A stretch of 64,000 bases of DNA. Source: a virus. The stretch covers positions 64,001 through 128,000 of the IMG/VR virus record IMGVR_UViG_3300014720_000003; one strand, given 5' to 3'. Below are positions 39,180-48,812 of the stretch, piece by piece. Within the stretch, counting starts at the first letter, position 1. Every line of letters starts with the position of its first letter. The notes below the pieces were generated by a model that was not told the origin of the DNA, did not search any database, and saw only the letters and a list, made by a program, of their open reading frames with translations. The translations under genes were made by a program, and so were the position numbers.

Positions 39180-40820
39180 TCATGCCCAGGCTGGAACATA
39201 ACTTGTACTATCAGTGCCACCATCATTACTCAACGGACCCATATAATACGCATTAGCTGCGCTACCACCAGTACTATGTTTAGAAAATCCATTGAATACA
39301 GCATCACCAGTAATATCTCCAGTATTAATACTCCAATCATCAAAATTAGCACTTCCACTTATATTAAGATTATTTTCAGACCTATCATTAAAAGATGCAT
39401 CGTAACTAATAGTACCCTCGTTAGCGCTCCAACCTTTGAAGAAAGCAAAATGTGAACCTATAGTTCCATTATTGGTTGTGTAATCAGTCATAACCACATG
39501 ACTACCATTGCTTATACTACAACCAGCGTCGATGGTGCTTCTATGGTGGAATATGGCTATTGCTGTATTATCATCTCCAAGAGTTAATGTTGAGCTATTA
39601 GTAATCTTTGAATCATCATAGAATTCTACAAAACAATTATTAGCCACCGTTAAACTTCCATATAGTCTAGAACTATTAAAGAACTGAATCTTTTTCATAA
39701 TGCTACTACTAAGAGTTGGCATACTATTAGCTCCAAAACTAACATCATTAAATACTTTAAGGGTTCCACAATAAATATTACCACTAAAACCATTACCAGT
39801 ATTTGTACGAAATTCCACGGTAGTATAATCATCTCCATTAATTGTGACACTACTGCCATTACTTATATCACCATCAGTATTCATTATTAGTGTGCCGCCA
39901 TACATATTAATATAAGAATTACTAGCAAAATAACTATCAGTATTGAGAGTTAATTTAATATTTGGATAATCAGCCTCACTTCCTGAACTATATGAATAAA
40001 AATAATTACTACTACTACCTTCTATCATGCTGCCCTCATTAAGAGTAACATCATTATAAAAGTATACATTATCATCAATAATACAGCTATCGGTTAAGGT
40101 TACAGGCCCATAAAATCCATATGAACCTCCAGGACAATCCATGATTTTCACATTTTGAAACAATTCTGTTTTTCCTAAAACCTTTACATATCGTATAGTT
40201 GTGAGATTACTGCTATTGCCCACAACTCTTAAGTCTCCTAATATTGTTAATCCATATGAGTTATTAAAATAAATAGGTTGGTAATTACTATTTCCACCAC
40301 TAGAAGTTACAACAACATTTCCTTCTATAGTTACAGATTGACTACTACTATCAATATAACTAGTTTCGTGAAAATTCACATCACCATAGATGGTTGTGCT
40401 GCTATTAAAATACAATTTAGAATTATCATATAGATCTATTTGTACTCTGGTTCCAGTACTACTACCAATAGTTCCATTGCCCGCAAGTTGCTGACCATTT
40501 ATAAGTATAATACGGCGCACTTCACTAATAGAATAGCCATTAAAACTATTGCTTAGGTTACCGTTATCAAAAATTATAGTATCAGCAATGAAACTACCAC
40601 CATTACTACTAATATCACTTAAAATTACAGCAGTATCTTCATCAGTAGGCAAACTATCTGATGATAGTGTATGATCTCTATCAACAAACCAATTACCCAA
40701 AGTGTTCCAGTCATTATTAACAGCATTATAAAAATATAGGGTGCGGCCAACGCTCTGACCATCACCACCAATGATCCTACCAGACGACTTTACACTATTA
40801 GTTCCATAATTGATTGCCAT
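39180..40820 (-). CDS. beta-helix virion/fibre protein
   Basis: DWNTLGNW motif, repeated F.D.S.N.G.I rungs, Asn/Gly/Ser-rich. Confidence 0.6.
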   Translation of the reverse strand: MAINYGTNSVKSSGRIIGGDGQSVGRTLYFYNAVNNDWNTLGNWFVDRDHTLSSDSLPTDEDTAVILSDISSNGGSFIADTIIFDNGNLSNSFNGYSISEVRRIILINGQQLAGNGTIGSSTGTRVQIDLYDNSKLYFNSSTTIYGDVNFHETSYIDSSSQSVTIEGNVVVTSSGGNSNYQPIYFNNSYGLTILGDLRVVGNSSNLTTIRYVKVLGKTELFQNVKIMDCPGGSYGFYGPVTLTDSCIIDDNVYFYNDVTLNEGSMIEGSSSNYFYSYSSGSEADYPNIKLTLNTDSYFASNSYINMYGGTLIMNTDGDISNGSSVTINGDDYTTVEFRTNTGNGFSGNIYCGTLKVFNDVSFGANSMPTLSSSIMKKIQFFNSSRLYGSLTVANNCFVEFYDDSKITNSSTLTLGDDNTAIAIFHHRSTIDAGCSISNGSHVVMTDYTTNNGTIGSHFAFFKGWSANEGTISYDASFNDRSENNLNISGSANFDDWSINTGDITGDAVFNGFSKHSTGGSAANAYYMGPLSNDGGTDSTSYVPAWA

Positions 40821-40824
40821 GTTT

Positions 40825-41172
40825 TCAGCCCTCTGGAGTTGGTTCTGGAACGATTATGCTTACGGTTCCATCATCATTCATTGTGAAATTTCCCACAACG
40901 CTAGATCCACTAGCTATACTTTGTGGTTTAATGCTAGCTAATAGCGCTCCCAATTGACCATGAAGTTCAAAAACTTCTTTGGCATCACTTCCTAATGCTT
41001 CGGCTATTTCACTGGGTGAAGCGGCACCATTTTGCCAAAAGATTTTGGCCCCATCATTAAAAGCGTTAACCATATTTTGAAATGTAACCCTGGTTTGTCG
41101 TTTGATTCTCTCAGCAACTATATTTGCTGGTGGAATAACATTGGGAATATTGTTGTTATCTAATACTGACAT
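40825..41172 (-). CDS. hypothetical protein (fibre-associated)
   Basis: AAGGAG RBS; lies between two fibre-like genes. Confidence 0.55.
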   Translation of the reverse strand: MSVLDNNNIPNVIPPANIVAERIKRQTRVTFQNMVNAFNDGAKIFWQNGAASPSEIAEALGSDAKEVFELHGQLGALLASIKPQSIASGSSVVGNFTMNDDGTVSIIVPEPTPEG

Positions 41173-41187
41173 AAATATACTCCTTCA

Positions 41188-42816
41188 TTATACTTTTACT
41201 CTTGAAATTTGTACGCTTGCTACCCAGTATACAGTACCACTAACACCACTAGAACCTTGATCAACCTGAATCACTAAACCACTACTACTAGTACTAATTT
41301 GAGCATTCGCTGTTGCAAAATTACTATTTAAAAATGATTCTATGATAGGACTACCAACCAATGATACTGTGCTGGAATATTTTTTTACACATCCACGAAT
41401 AACGAATCCGGCACTATCACCATTGCTAGCTCGTCCACCAATATGAATAGAAAATGTTGCCGTTGTATCGTCTATTGTTATAGTATCATCACTATTAGTA
41501 GGATAGTCTAGGTATAAACTATTCCATCCACTACTACTAGTAGTACGCTTTAGAACATATGACGAAAATCTAGCATCTCCATCAAGACTAAAATTACCAT
41601 TAGCAAAACTTAATTCTTGAGGATCGCTAGCACTATTTTGTTTACCTAAAATTATTTGACCAGATCCATTTGGAGAAATAGTAATATCATTATTAGCACC
41701 ATCTTCAATTGTTATGCTTCCACTATTTGTTCCACTATTAGTATTAAGTATAAGATCTCCAGTTCCGTTAGTTGTGACAGTGGCATTACTATTACTATCG
41801 CCAACTCTTAAAGTATCAGCATCCGCTTGCACATCGCCAGTACCATTTGGGGCTAATATTAGATTACCATTGGCGTTGGTGCTACTAATAGTATTACCGT
41901 CTATTGTTATGTTATCAATAACCAATTTATTAGCAGTAACATCACTATTAACTGTTAAACCAGTACTATCAAGAGTTGCTTGTACAGTAGATGCAGAGGT
42001 ACCAACTCTTAAATATATAGCACCATTATTATCAGTTGCTTTAATATCAATACTATAATCGTATTCTACATCAAGAGTGGTATTATCACCAATTTTTCTT
42101 ATATAGTTGGTATTAATATATGCAGAAGAAACAACCCCTGATGCTGGAGATATACTTAATTTATTCCCATCCCACGTTAAATTACTCTCAGCATCTATAC
42201 CAGTTGTTGAACTATCTCTGCTAGAGAGTAGTCTATTATTTGCAGGATTATTAATCAAACCACTAGTACTAACAGTTAAGGAATTTGCTCCATCGTTATA
42301 GGTTACATTAATACCAGTACCAGCTACTACTAATGATCCTACTCTATCATCCACACTCTCAGCAAAATTAACAACTTGATAAACATTATTACCAGACGCT
42401 AGAATAAAATCACCACTAGCAGTGGTCAAAAGTTCTGCTAAACCAACAAGACTAGCTGGTTTGCTAGTAATTTGAATCCATGCGGGGCTAATATCAGCTA
42501 ATTCAATATAAGATGCTTCTAGCGTTTTGTCTCCGCTTCCGATATAAACCCAACGGGATCCATCTGTTGTTAATACAATAGTACCTTCCACAATATCATT
42601 TTGTTGAGGCACTGTTAAATTAGCAATACCTCCAGATGATACTATATTAATAAAATCTGGAGTTAAGTATCCTAAATCGTTCCAAGTTGAAGTACCATCA
42701 CCTAATTTAAGTTTATTGGTATCAGTCTCAAATCCCGGTTCACCTAAAAATAATACTGGATTTCTTGTCGACCAATTAGAGGAGGTATCTCTGCGAAGTT
42801 GAATTTTTACTGGCAT
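41188..42816 (-). CDS. tail fibre-like protein with Mtd N-terminal-type domain
   Basis: IQLRRDT..NW...NPVL..GEPGFETDT.KLKLGDG..W..L.Y; internal (N/G)DL.L.PNG.G repeats. Confidence 0.8.
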   Translation of the reverse strand: MPVKIQLRRDTSSNWSTRNPVLFLGEPGFETDTNKLKLGDGTSTWNDLGYLTPDFINIVSSGGIANLTVPQQNDIVEGTIVLTTDGSRWVYIGSGDKTLEASYIELADISPAWIQITSKPASLVGLAELLTTASGDFILASGNNVYQVVNFAESVDDRVGSLVVAGTGINVTYNDGANSLTVSTSGLINNPANNRLLSSRDSSTTGIDAESNLTWDGNKLSISPASGVVSSAYINTNYIRKIGDNTTLDVEYDYSIDIKATDNNGAIYLRVGTSASTVQATLDSTGLTVNSDVTANKLVIDNITIDGNTISSTNANGNLILAPNGTGDVQADADTLRVGDSNSNATVTTNGTGDLILNTNSGTNSGSITIEDGANNDITISPNGSGQIILGKQNSASDPQELSFANGNFSLDGDARFSSYVLKRTTSSSGWNSLYLDYPTNSDDTITIDDTTATFSIHIGGRASNGDSAGFVIRGCVKKYSSTVSLVGSPIIESFLNSNFATANAQISTSSSGLVIQVDQGSSGVSGTVYWVASVQISRVKV

Positions 42817-42833
42817 ATTAGTGTTTCCTTTAA

Positions 42834-43061
42834 TTAAGCATTACCGCCATTTACACTATTAATAAAGATACCATTATAAAAACGATATCCATACTTATCA
42901 TCAATATCAGATAATATAGGAGTATTTAGCACATAACGATCATAAACAATGGTGCCAGCATCCGGAAAACCGGTTCTAGCACAAGTTACAACCATTGTGC
43001 CGTTTTTAATATTGTTAGCCGAAATTGCTTTGGTAATATCTGTAAATGGTCTAGTAGCCAT
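42834..43061 (-). CDS. hypothetical protein
   Basis: GGAG RBS; ORF track. Confidence 0.6.
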   Translation of the reverse strand: MATRPFTDITKAISANNIKNGTMVVTCARTGFPDAGTIVYDRYVLNTPILSDIDDKYGYRFYNGIFINSVNGGNA

Positions 43062-43109
43062 AAATTTCTCCGGTATAAGAATGTGTTAATATTTGATACA
43101 CCACTATTA

Positions 43110-43427
43110 TTACTTATCTATACGTTCCTCAAGAGCTTCTAGGGTTTTACCCAGTGTGGCTATTTGAATTTTTAATTCTGTCATTACTTCTGTGTTTCGT
43201 TGCAAAGCACTAGCAAATGCCGCTTGAGTTTCTTTATTAGTAGCTAATCTTTCCATAATAAATTGACGATCAATATTATATGGACTTTGAGTTTCAATCA
43301 TATAGGCCACCTCACTTTTAGTAGCCATATTACGACCTATTGCAACCCAAAACCCAACCATTGTTACTATTATTCCAATACTAGTGGTAGCAATATTTTC
43401 CCAAAAATGAATTATAGTTTCGCTCAT
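43110..43427 (-). CDS. TM + coiled-coil protein
   Basis: IGIIVTMVGFWVAI followed by heptad C-terminus. Confidence 0.6.
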   Translation of the reverse strand: MSETIIHFWENIATTSIGIIVTMVGFWVAIGRNMATKSEVAYMIETQSPYNIDRQFIMERLATNKETQAAFASALQRNTEVMTELKIQIATLGKTLEALEERIDK

Positions 43428-43440
43428 AGTTATCTCCCAT

Positions 43441-43476
43441 AAAAAAAAGCCACCGCACCTTGCGGCACGATGGCTT
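43441..43476 (-). terminator. Rho-independent terminator
   Basis: Minus strand AAGCCATCGTGCC-GCAA-GGTGCGGTGGC followed by T8; GNRA loop with G-U pairs in the stem. Confidence 0.88.
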
Positions 43477-43502
43477 GTTAGTAATCGAAAACCTTTCAGA
43501 TA

Positions 43503-44105
43503 TCAATAATTGCTTTTGGCTTTGTAGTTATCATTATAAGGAACTGTTGATCCTCTCATATACGTTAGTTCGCCAGGAACAGTTTGACTGGGATTAGCAG
43601 CATCATCACTAGTACCACTACCTGTTGCATTAGTAGTTTGATTCCAAGGAGTTATAGTTTGAGTAGCAGGGTATCCTGCGTCAAATTCTCCGGTATAACG
43701 ATTGTATTTGTTTTCTCTTATTGCTTTGGTAAATAATACAGATTTTTGATTTTCTGCTTTATTGATACTACGAATAACATCATTATCATTACCTGGAGTT
43801 TTGATAGCATTAGTAGAAACACCGGCTAATTCATCTGTAATTAAACTACTAATTGGTTTAACATTGTTGTAAGCAAATGTGCCAGCAGAAACAGCTTTAC
43901 CAGCATAATCTTTTTGTGTAACACTATCTTCGACAACCTTGGAACCAAAAGCGTCAACAGTAGGTACAACTGTTTTTACACCCTCCATTTTATTGGATGT
44001 AATCGTACCGTTGGCTTTCATTGTACCATCATTATTGTCTGCTTCAACAATATAACCATAAGGTGAAACCGTTGTTGCACTACCATTAATTTGAGCTGTG
44101 GCCAT
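43503..44105 (-). CDS. probable abundant virion protein (start MATAQ)
   Basis: GGAG RBS, Thr/Asn/Ala-rich, DDAANP..TVPGELTY; own terminator. Confidence 0.55.
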   Translation of the reverse strand: MATAQINGSATTVSPYGYIVEADNNDGTMKANGTITSNKMEGVKTVVPTVDAFGSKVVEDSVTQKDYAGKAVSAGTFAYNNVKPISSLITDELAGVSTNAIKTPGNDNDVIRSINKAENQKSVLFTKAIRENKYNRYTGEFDAGYPATQTITPWNQTTNATGSGTSDDAANPSQTVPGELTYMRGSTVPYNDNYKAKSNY

Positions 44106-44115
44106 ATTTAACTCC

Positions 44116-44131
44116 ATATATATATATATAT
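44116..44131. repeat. (AT)8 microsatellite
   Basis: atatatatatatatat immediately upstream (minus sense) of the GGAG RBS. Confidence 0.9.
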
Positions 44132-44142
44132 TATTGGATAGA

Positions 44143-44156
44143 TGTCTTATAAGACA
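44143..44156. promoter_or_regulatory. perfect 14-bp palindrome, candidate operator
   Basis: TGTCTTATAAGACA, intergenic. Confidence 0.5.
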
Positions 44157-44170
44157 AATACACCATATTT

Positions 44171-44830
44171 TTACTTATGTGTCAGATTAAATTTTACGAA
44201 ATTCTTTAAGCTATTTAGTGAGTTGGTTCTAAAGCCAGATAGGCCGGATTTAGATAGTGTGAAAAAATGCTTATCTAGCCACATATTACCGGTACATAAT
44301 ATTTGAAGATTCTTCGAATTTTCATGCAAAAAGATAGATGCTAAGATATTATCGGCTAAATTATCTATAAAATATCCAGTAGATGGAAAAACCTGAATAA
44401 CATTATTACTTTCTAATATTTCGCAAATTTTTTTTAAACAATGGTGGTCGAACATGCGATATTCCAAAACATATCTAGCTTTGATACCAAAAGAACCACA
44501 CAGCTCCGCACAACTTTTAACATCATCACGAATTTTATCATATTTTCGATTGGAAGCTAAATTTTGAGGCATAGAGATATCAACAATATTAGCTCCTGCT
44601 TTGTGAGATTGTTGTATAGCACATAAACGGGTTTTTAAATCAGAAATTCCCAGGGGATAATCTATTGAACAAGACAATTCTATATTTTGTGATAGACTAG
44701 CTTTAGTTGTTTTGACCAGATAATAGGGAACTGTGATGCTATGAATATTGTACACGCATAGTTCTTTAACCATGTCTCTGGCTAAAGCATCACTGGTTTC
44801 AGTATCTGTGATTGCAAAATCTATAAACAT
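44171..44830 (-). CDS. DeoC (deoxyribose-phosphate aldolase)-like TIM barrel, catalytic lysines missing
   Basis: V.PY.V, IDYPLG, GA..VD, YVLE, PSTG. Confidence 0.75.
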   Translation of the reverse strand: MFIDFAITDTETSDALARDMVKELCVYNIHSITVPYYLVKTTKASLSQNIELSCSIDYPLGISDLKTRLCAIQQSHKAGANIVDISMPQNLASNRKYDKIRDDVKSCAELCGSFGIKARYVLEYRMFDHHCLKKICEILESNNVIQVFPSTGYFIDNLADNILASIFLHENSKNLQILCTGNMWLDKHFFTLSKSGLSGFRTNSLNSLKNFVKFNLTHK

Positions 44831-44831
44831 T

Positions 44832-45515
44832 TTATTTTTTCATCAAGTTTTTGATATAGTCTATGTTTGGATATTTTTTACTACCTAAAATACCATCTGC
44901 AAAACCATAATCAACAGCTTCTTCTGCTGTAAGAATCCAATCTCGTTTTGTCGCCAATTGAGTAACAATATGTTTTCTAACCATTAATCTTTTCCAGTTT
45001 TTTTCTTTACAAATCTTACTATTCATACACTTTTCTGTGAATATATCAATCATCTTCTCGCTTTCTTTTTCGCTCCATTGAACCATGCTCAAGGCCGCTT
45101 TGTGTTCATTATCCACACTAATAGAACCATAATGAATAAGAAAATTAGTATTAGGAGTAAGTATCCTAAGATGAGCAGCCTGTAGTAATACAGTGCTGCT
45201 GGATTCTACTTTAGCATTAGCAACAATTATAATTTTGCTTTTACTACTTTTAATAGTATCATATATGCCTAAACAATCTTGCCAATCACCTCCCGGCATA
45301 TGCATGTGAACTAATATTGGTTCTAAAGAAAGTAGATTAAGATATCTTATATTTTTTTGAAATACTATTGCTGATCTATAATCCACACCAGATTCATTAT
45401 CATCAGAAAAATAAGAATGTAAATATATTTCTCTATTTTCTACATCAATATTATATGAATGTATATCGTTAAGAGAATTATTACTATTATCAATTTTATT
45501 TTTGTGACTCGTCAT
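44832..45515 (-). CDS. clpP: ClpP-like protease
   Basis: REIYL, PGG, VESSS (Ser), LIHYG (His), RDWILTAEEAVDYGFADGI (Asp). Confidence 0.85.
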   Translation of the reverse strand: MTSHKNKIDNSNNSLNDIHSYNIDVENREIYLHSYFSDDNESGVDYRSAIVFQKNIRYLNLLSLEPILVHMHMPGGDWQDCLGIYDTIKSSKSKIIIVANAKVESSSTVLLQAAHLRILTPNTNFLIHYGSISVDNEHKAALSMVQWSEKESEKMIDIFTEKCMNSKICKEKNWKRLMVRKHIVTQLATKRDWILTAEEAVDYGFADGILGSKKYPNIDYIKNLMKK

Positions 45516-45954
45516 ACATTAAATTTATATGGTTATATATTATATCGTTAATATTCTTCATTACTTCTGAATCATTAAAACATTTACCAATAGCAATTCT
45601 AAAACGATATCTTGTAAAAATATCTAGTATCTCAATTCCGGGTATATTTTCTAGTATATTCTTAATTTGTTCGGAGATATTAAAATTACTATGACCCAGC
45701 CAGAAATTAAAAATTTTACTAGATGCTGTATATTCATTATATGGAATTAAACCCATAGGAGAAGCAATAACTCTTATTGGAGATGAGGTTCTAATTTTAG
45801 GTTGATCTATATTTTCTTCATTATCTTCATCGTGATCAATAAAATCCGAATCTCCTATAGTATTATTATAGTCAGTCCATTTGGCTTCATCCATATCTCC
45901 ACCAAAAGGATCATTCCATTTTTCCCATATTATTAATGGTTTAATTCTAGTCAT
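45496..45954 (-). CDS. hypothetical protein
   Basis: FNFWLGHSNFNI..GIEIL.IFTRYRFRIAIGK. Confidence 0.65.
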   Translation of the reverse strand: MTRIKPLIIWEKWNDPFGGDMDEAKWTDYNNTIGDSDFIDHDEDNEENIDQPKIRTSSPIRVIASPMGLIPYNEYTASSKIFNFWLGHSNFNISEQIKNILENIPGIEILDIFTRYRFRIAIGKCFNDSEVMKNINDIIYNHINLMYDESQK

Positions 45955-46334
45955 TATTTACCAGAAAAACTAGTTGGTTTTATTACTGGAGAATTGGCAC
46001 ACTCATCAGATTTTTGTGTTTTTAAACTTGATAAGGTTTTAAGACTAATATCTAAATATGAGGATAAAGCATAACAAAACTGGTGATACTCTGGCCCCCT
46101 TTCAGATAATTCTTCAATGAGATCAGTTAGGTCTGTGTAATAGACCCCGTAGTGCAAAAATATCATTGCTTTAGCAAACTTTTCCGCTCCTTCCAAAGAA
46201 GTGTCATTAATATTGATTTGAATTTTAGGAATAGAAGCATCAGGTTCTATATACAGACTAAAACTATTAATGTGATGATGTTCTTGTTTAGAACCATTCT
46301 TCTTTTCAAAGAATTTAGCAAATATGTTCTTCAT
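45954..46334 (-). CDS. hypothetical protein
   Basis: Coupled ORF. Confidence 0.55.
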   Translation of the reverse strand: MKNIFAKFFEKKNGSKQEHHHINSFSLYIEPDASIPKIQININDTSLEGAEKFAKAMIFLHYGVYYTDLTDLIEELSERGPEYHQFCYALSSYLDISLKTLSSLKTQKSDECANSPVIKPTSFSGK

Positions 46335-46726
46335 TGTAGTTTTTGAATTACTTCATAAAGTAGGTTATAATGAATAGAATCAACAATAGAATCCATAGAT
46401 ATCCAATAACTATTATTGATATTGTTTGTGTATTGAACAAAAAAACCATAAACTAGATCTATTGATTCTGTATTATCTAGTTGAGTTACTGAAATTAATT
46501 GCGGGATTAGATATATATAGTTAGTAATTATATGTTGTTTCAGAGTATCAATGATTTTTTCATTTATATTCAGAATATTATTGCTATAAATAGGTATTTT
46601 TGGAAATATAAGATTTTCTTTATCTAGAGATAGAATCTTGGTTGAATCTATGCTATTGGTATTGTTCTCAAAAGATATAACAACACAATTAGCATTAACC
46701 AAGAATTTATTACTATTTTCAGACAT
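46331..46726 (-). CDS. hypothetical protein
   Basis: Coupled ORF. Confidence 0.55.
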   Translation of the reverse strand: MSENSNKFLVNANCVVISFENNTNSIDSTKILSLDKENLIFPKIPIYSNNILNINEKIIDTLKQHIITNYIYLIPQLISVTQLDNTESIDLVYGFFVQYTNNINNSYWISMDSIVDSIHYNLLYEVIQKLQ

Positions 46727-47378
46727 TTACAGCATTCCTAATGATATCTATAGCCTTATTCAAGCCCTGTCTCACAGCCTCTCTTGTTATACCATATTTT
46801 TGGCCAATTTTTTCAAAAGTGTATGACTCAAAATAATATAGTCGGATATAGTCTTTTTGTCTATCTGTTAGATAATCTGTTGATAAAAGTTTATCAATAA
46901 GATCGGTCAAATTCTGTTTATTTTCATTTTCTATAGAAATTTCTTCTGGATCTTTTACCCTAGTGTCTTCTGTTAAATCATGAGCCGATGAACTATCATG
47001 GCTCTCATCTAGCATAAAATCAAGTGAGTATGTTTTTATGTGTTTTTTATTCAGTTTCTTGTTCTTTGTTACTAAAGTTTGAATTGCCCACAACGCACAC
47101 TGATTACGATATGAGTATTTTGTTTTTTTGGTTCCTTTCTCATTTTGGTAATTATCATCCCAACGCCAATCCGCCATCATAATAGCATTAGCCACAGAAG
47201 CAATAGCATCCTCATCTTTTAGCATTTTTGTTGCTAGACCATTATAAAATTGATTAGCAAATTTTGAAATAGCTTTTTTTGCTAATAATAAATAGGTTTC
47301 TAGACTATCAAACTCAATCGAATTATGATCCTTGTAGGCAATCTTATGATTACCTACTCCATGTATTTGTAATAGCAT
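46719..47378 (-). CDS. sigma70-family sigma factor
   Basis: Region 2-like AIMMADWRWD..KYSYR; region 4 LTDRQK.YI.LYY...TFEKIG...GITREAVRQ. Confidence 0.8.
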   Translation of the reverse strand: MLLQIHGVGNHKIAYKDHNSIEFDSLETYLLLAKKAISKFANQFYNGLATKMLKDEDAIASVANAIMMADWRWDDNYQNEKGTKKTKYSYRNQCALWAIQTLVTKNKKLNKKHIKTYSLDFMLDESHDSSSAHDLTEDTRVKDPEEISIENENKQNLTDLIDKLLSTDYLTDRQKDYIRLYYFESYTFEKIGQKYGITREAVRQGLNKAIDIIRNAVNV

Positions 47379-47410
47379 ATGTCCTCTATAATGTGTCCTA
47401 AAAAAAATAA

Positions 47411-48139
47411 TTACTTAGTTAACTTTTTCCACTGTTCTGTATCTGGTCTATCCTTATCTCCTGGTTTAGCGGGTTTGTACCTTTTCCCCATTCTTTCTTT
47501 TTTCTTACGAATATTTTCCCATAAGCCTGGAAGATTTTTTCCTGCTTCTGCTCCTTCTGTATCGGTTTCGCTTTCACCGAACATGAGAAAATTGTGAATG
47601 GTCAGCATGTAATCTTCTGTTACTGCGATTTTACCTTGTAACCAACTTTCTGTCAAGCCTTCTTTTACGGATGGATTGTCTATAGCATCCACTATTGCTT
47701 GAGCGTGTATCGCTATAGATTTGATAGATCCTAGACTCATTTCATAAAAATCATACTTGTACTCCATCAATTCCATCTCTGGACTTTCTTCTTCCATATC
47801 CTCAACCTCTGTAAAATCACCATCTTCTGCTTTAGTTGTAATACCTAATTGATCTTTTGTGGCTTTCGGTAAGGCAGCAACAAACTCTGGACCTTTACGC
47901 TTAGCCATATTATATAACTTTTTTAGAAATGCATCATAAGTCATTGGGCCTTTCATGCGACCAAAATTACTAATAGCATCTGGTATATCTGCTGGTGTTA
48001 CAATTGGAAAAGATCGTGTTTCAGGAAAAAGGAAATCGCTATCTTTGAGTTCACTACGTTTTTTTCCCTTATAAGTCTTTTGAGCGGCGCTAACGAGTTC
48101 GTCATTAACTGCATTTAAAATATCATTTATACGATCCAT
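47411..48139 (-). CDS. modular phage protein (possible internal head protein)
   Basis: LKDSDF.FP..RSFPI, SW.QGKI...DY, GLWENIRKK modules. Confidence 0.5.
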   Translation of the reverse strand: MDRINDILNAVNDELVSAAQKTYKGKKRSELKDSDFLFPETRSFPIVTPADIPDAISNFGRMKGPMTYDAFLKKLYNMAKRKGPEFVAALPKATKDQLGITTKAEDGDFTEVEDMEEESPEMELMEYKYDFYEMSLGSIKSIAIHAQAIVDAIDNPSVKEGLTESWLQGKIAVTEDYMLTIHNFLMFGESETDTEGAEAGKNLPGLWENIRKKKERMGKRYKPAKPGDKDRPDTEQWKKLTK

Positions 48140-48812
48140 TATATTGCCTCTTTAATCTAGGATGTAAAACCTTAAAAAGATAATCACTTAAAAGTATACC
48201 AGCATCACAATCCGATTGATAGTGAACCCCTTGCATAATTCTTGATTTGGTTGTTTCTCCAACTATTTGTGATAATAAATATTTATATTGAGGATACATA
48301 TCGGCTAAAATATTAGCACCAAGATTAGTATACACCACATGGCCAGAAGGATATGATGGGGTGTGGTGAGTTTTTGTTTGTATAACATCAATATCCAAAT
48401 TATAAATTTGGGCCAAATTATATGGTCTAATTCTATTAAAGTAGAATTTAGTGTTAAAAATAAAGGGCTTTACAATATTGTAAAATTCTTTGAAATAATT
48501 GAATGGAAACTGTATCCCGAGTTTATCTACTAAATTATATATAAGATAATTAGGACTATCGTCTATATCATAGATAAGTTTAATACTGTCTGTGGAACGA
48601 TTGTGTGTCTGCTTAACAACATAATTAAGTTCTCTAAATGTGGATGAACTAGAGTTCAATAAAGGAGGATCTAATATGTTCTTCCATTCGATATCTTTGG
48701 CAATATCGGGAATAGTATATTCTATATTGTAGTCAACATAAACTAGACTATCAATATCTTTAGAAATATATATTTGATTAATTTCTGATAATATTTTATA
48801 GTGGCGATCCAT
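48123..48812 (-). CDS. PAP2/haloperoxidase-superfamily phosphatase
   Basis: KFYFNRIRP, PSYPSGH, SRIMQGVHYQSD. Confidence 0.85.
   Translation of the reverse strand: MDRHYKILSEINQIYISKDIDSLVYVDYNIEYTIPDIAKDIEWKNILDPPLLNSSSSTFRELNYVVKQTHNRSTDSIKLIYDIDDSPNYLIYNLVDKLGIQFPFNYFKEFYNIVKPFIFNTKFYFNRIRPYNLAQIYNLDIDVIQTKTHHTPSYPSGHVVYTNLGANILADMYPQYKYLLSQIVGETTKSRIMQGVHYQSDCDAGILLSDYLFKVLHPRLKRQYNGSYK

Noticed and set aside
41188-42816. Diversity-generating retroelement suggested by the Mtd-like N-terminus
   Set aside because: No reverse transcriptase or TR/VR repeat pair seen; this domain is a common fibre anchor.
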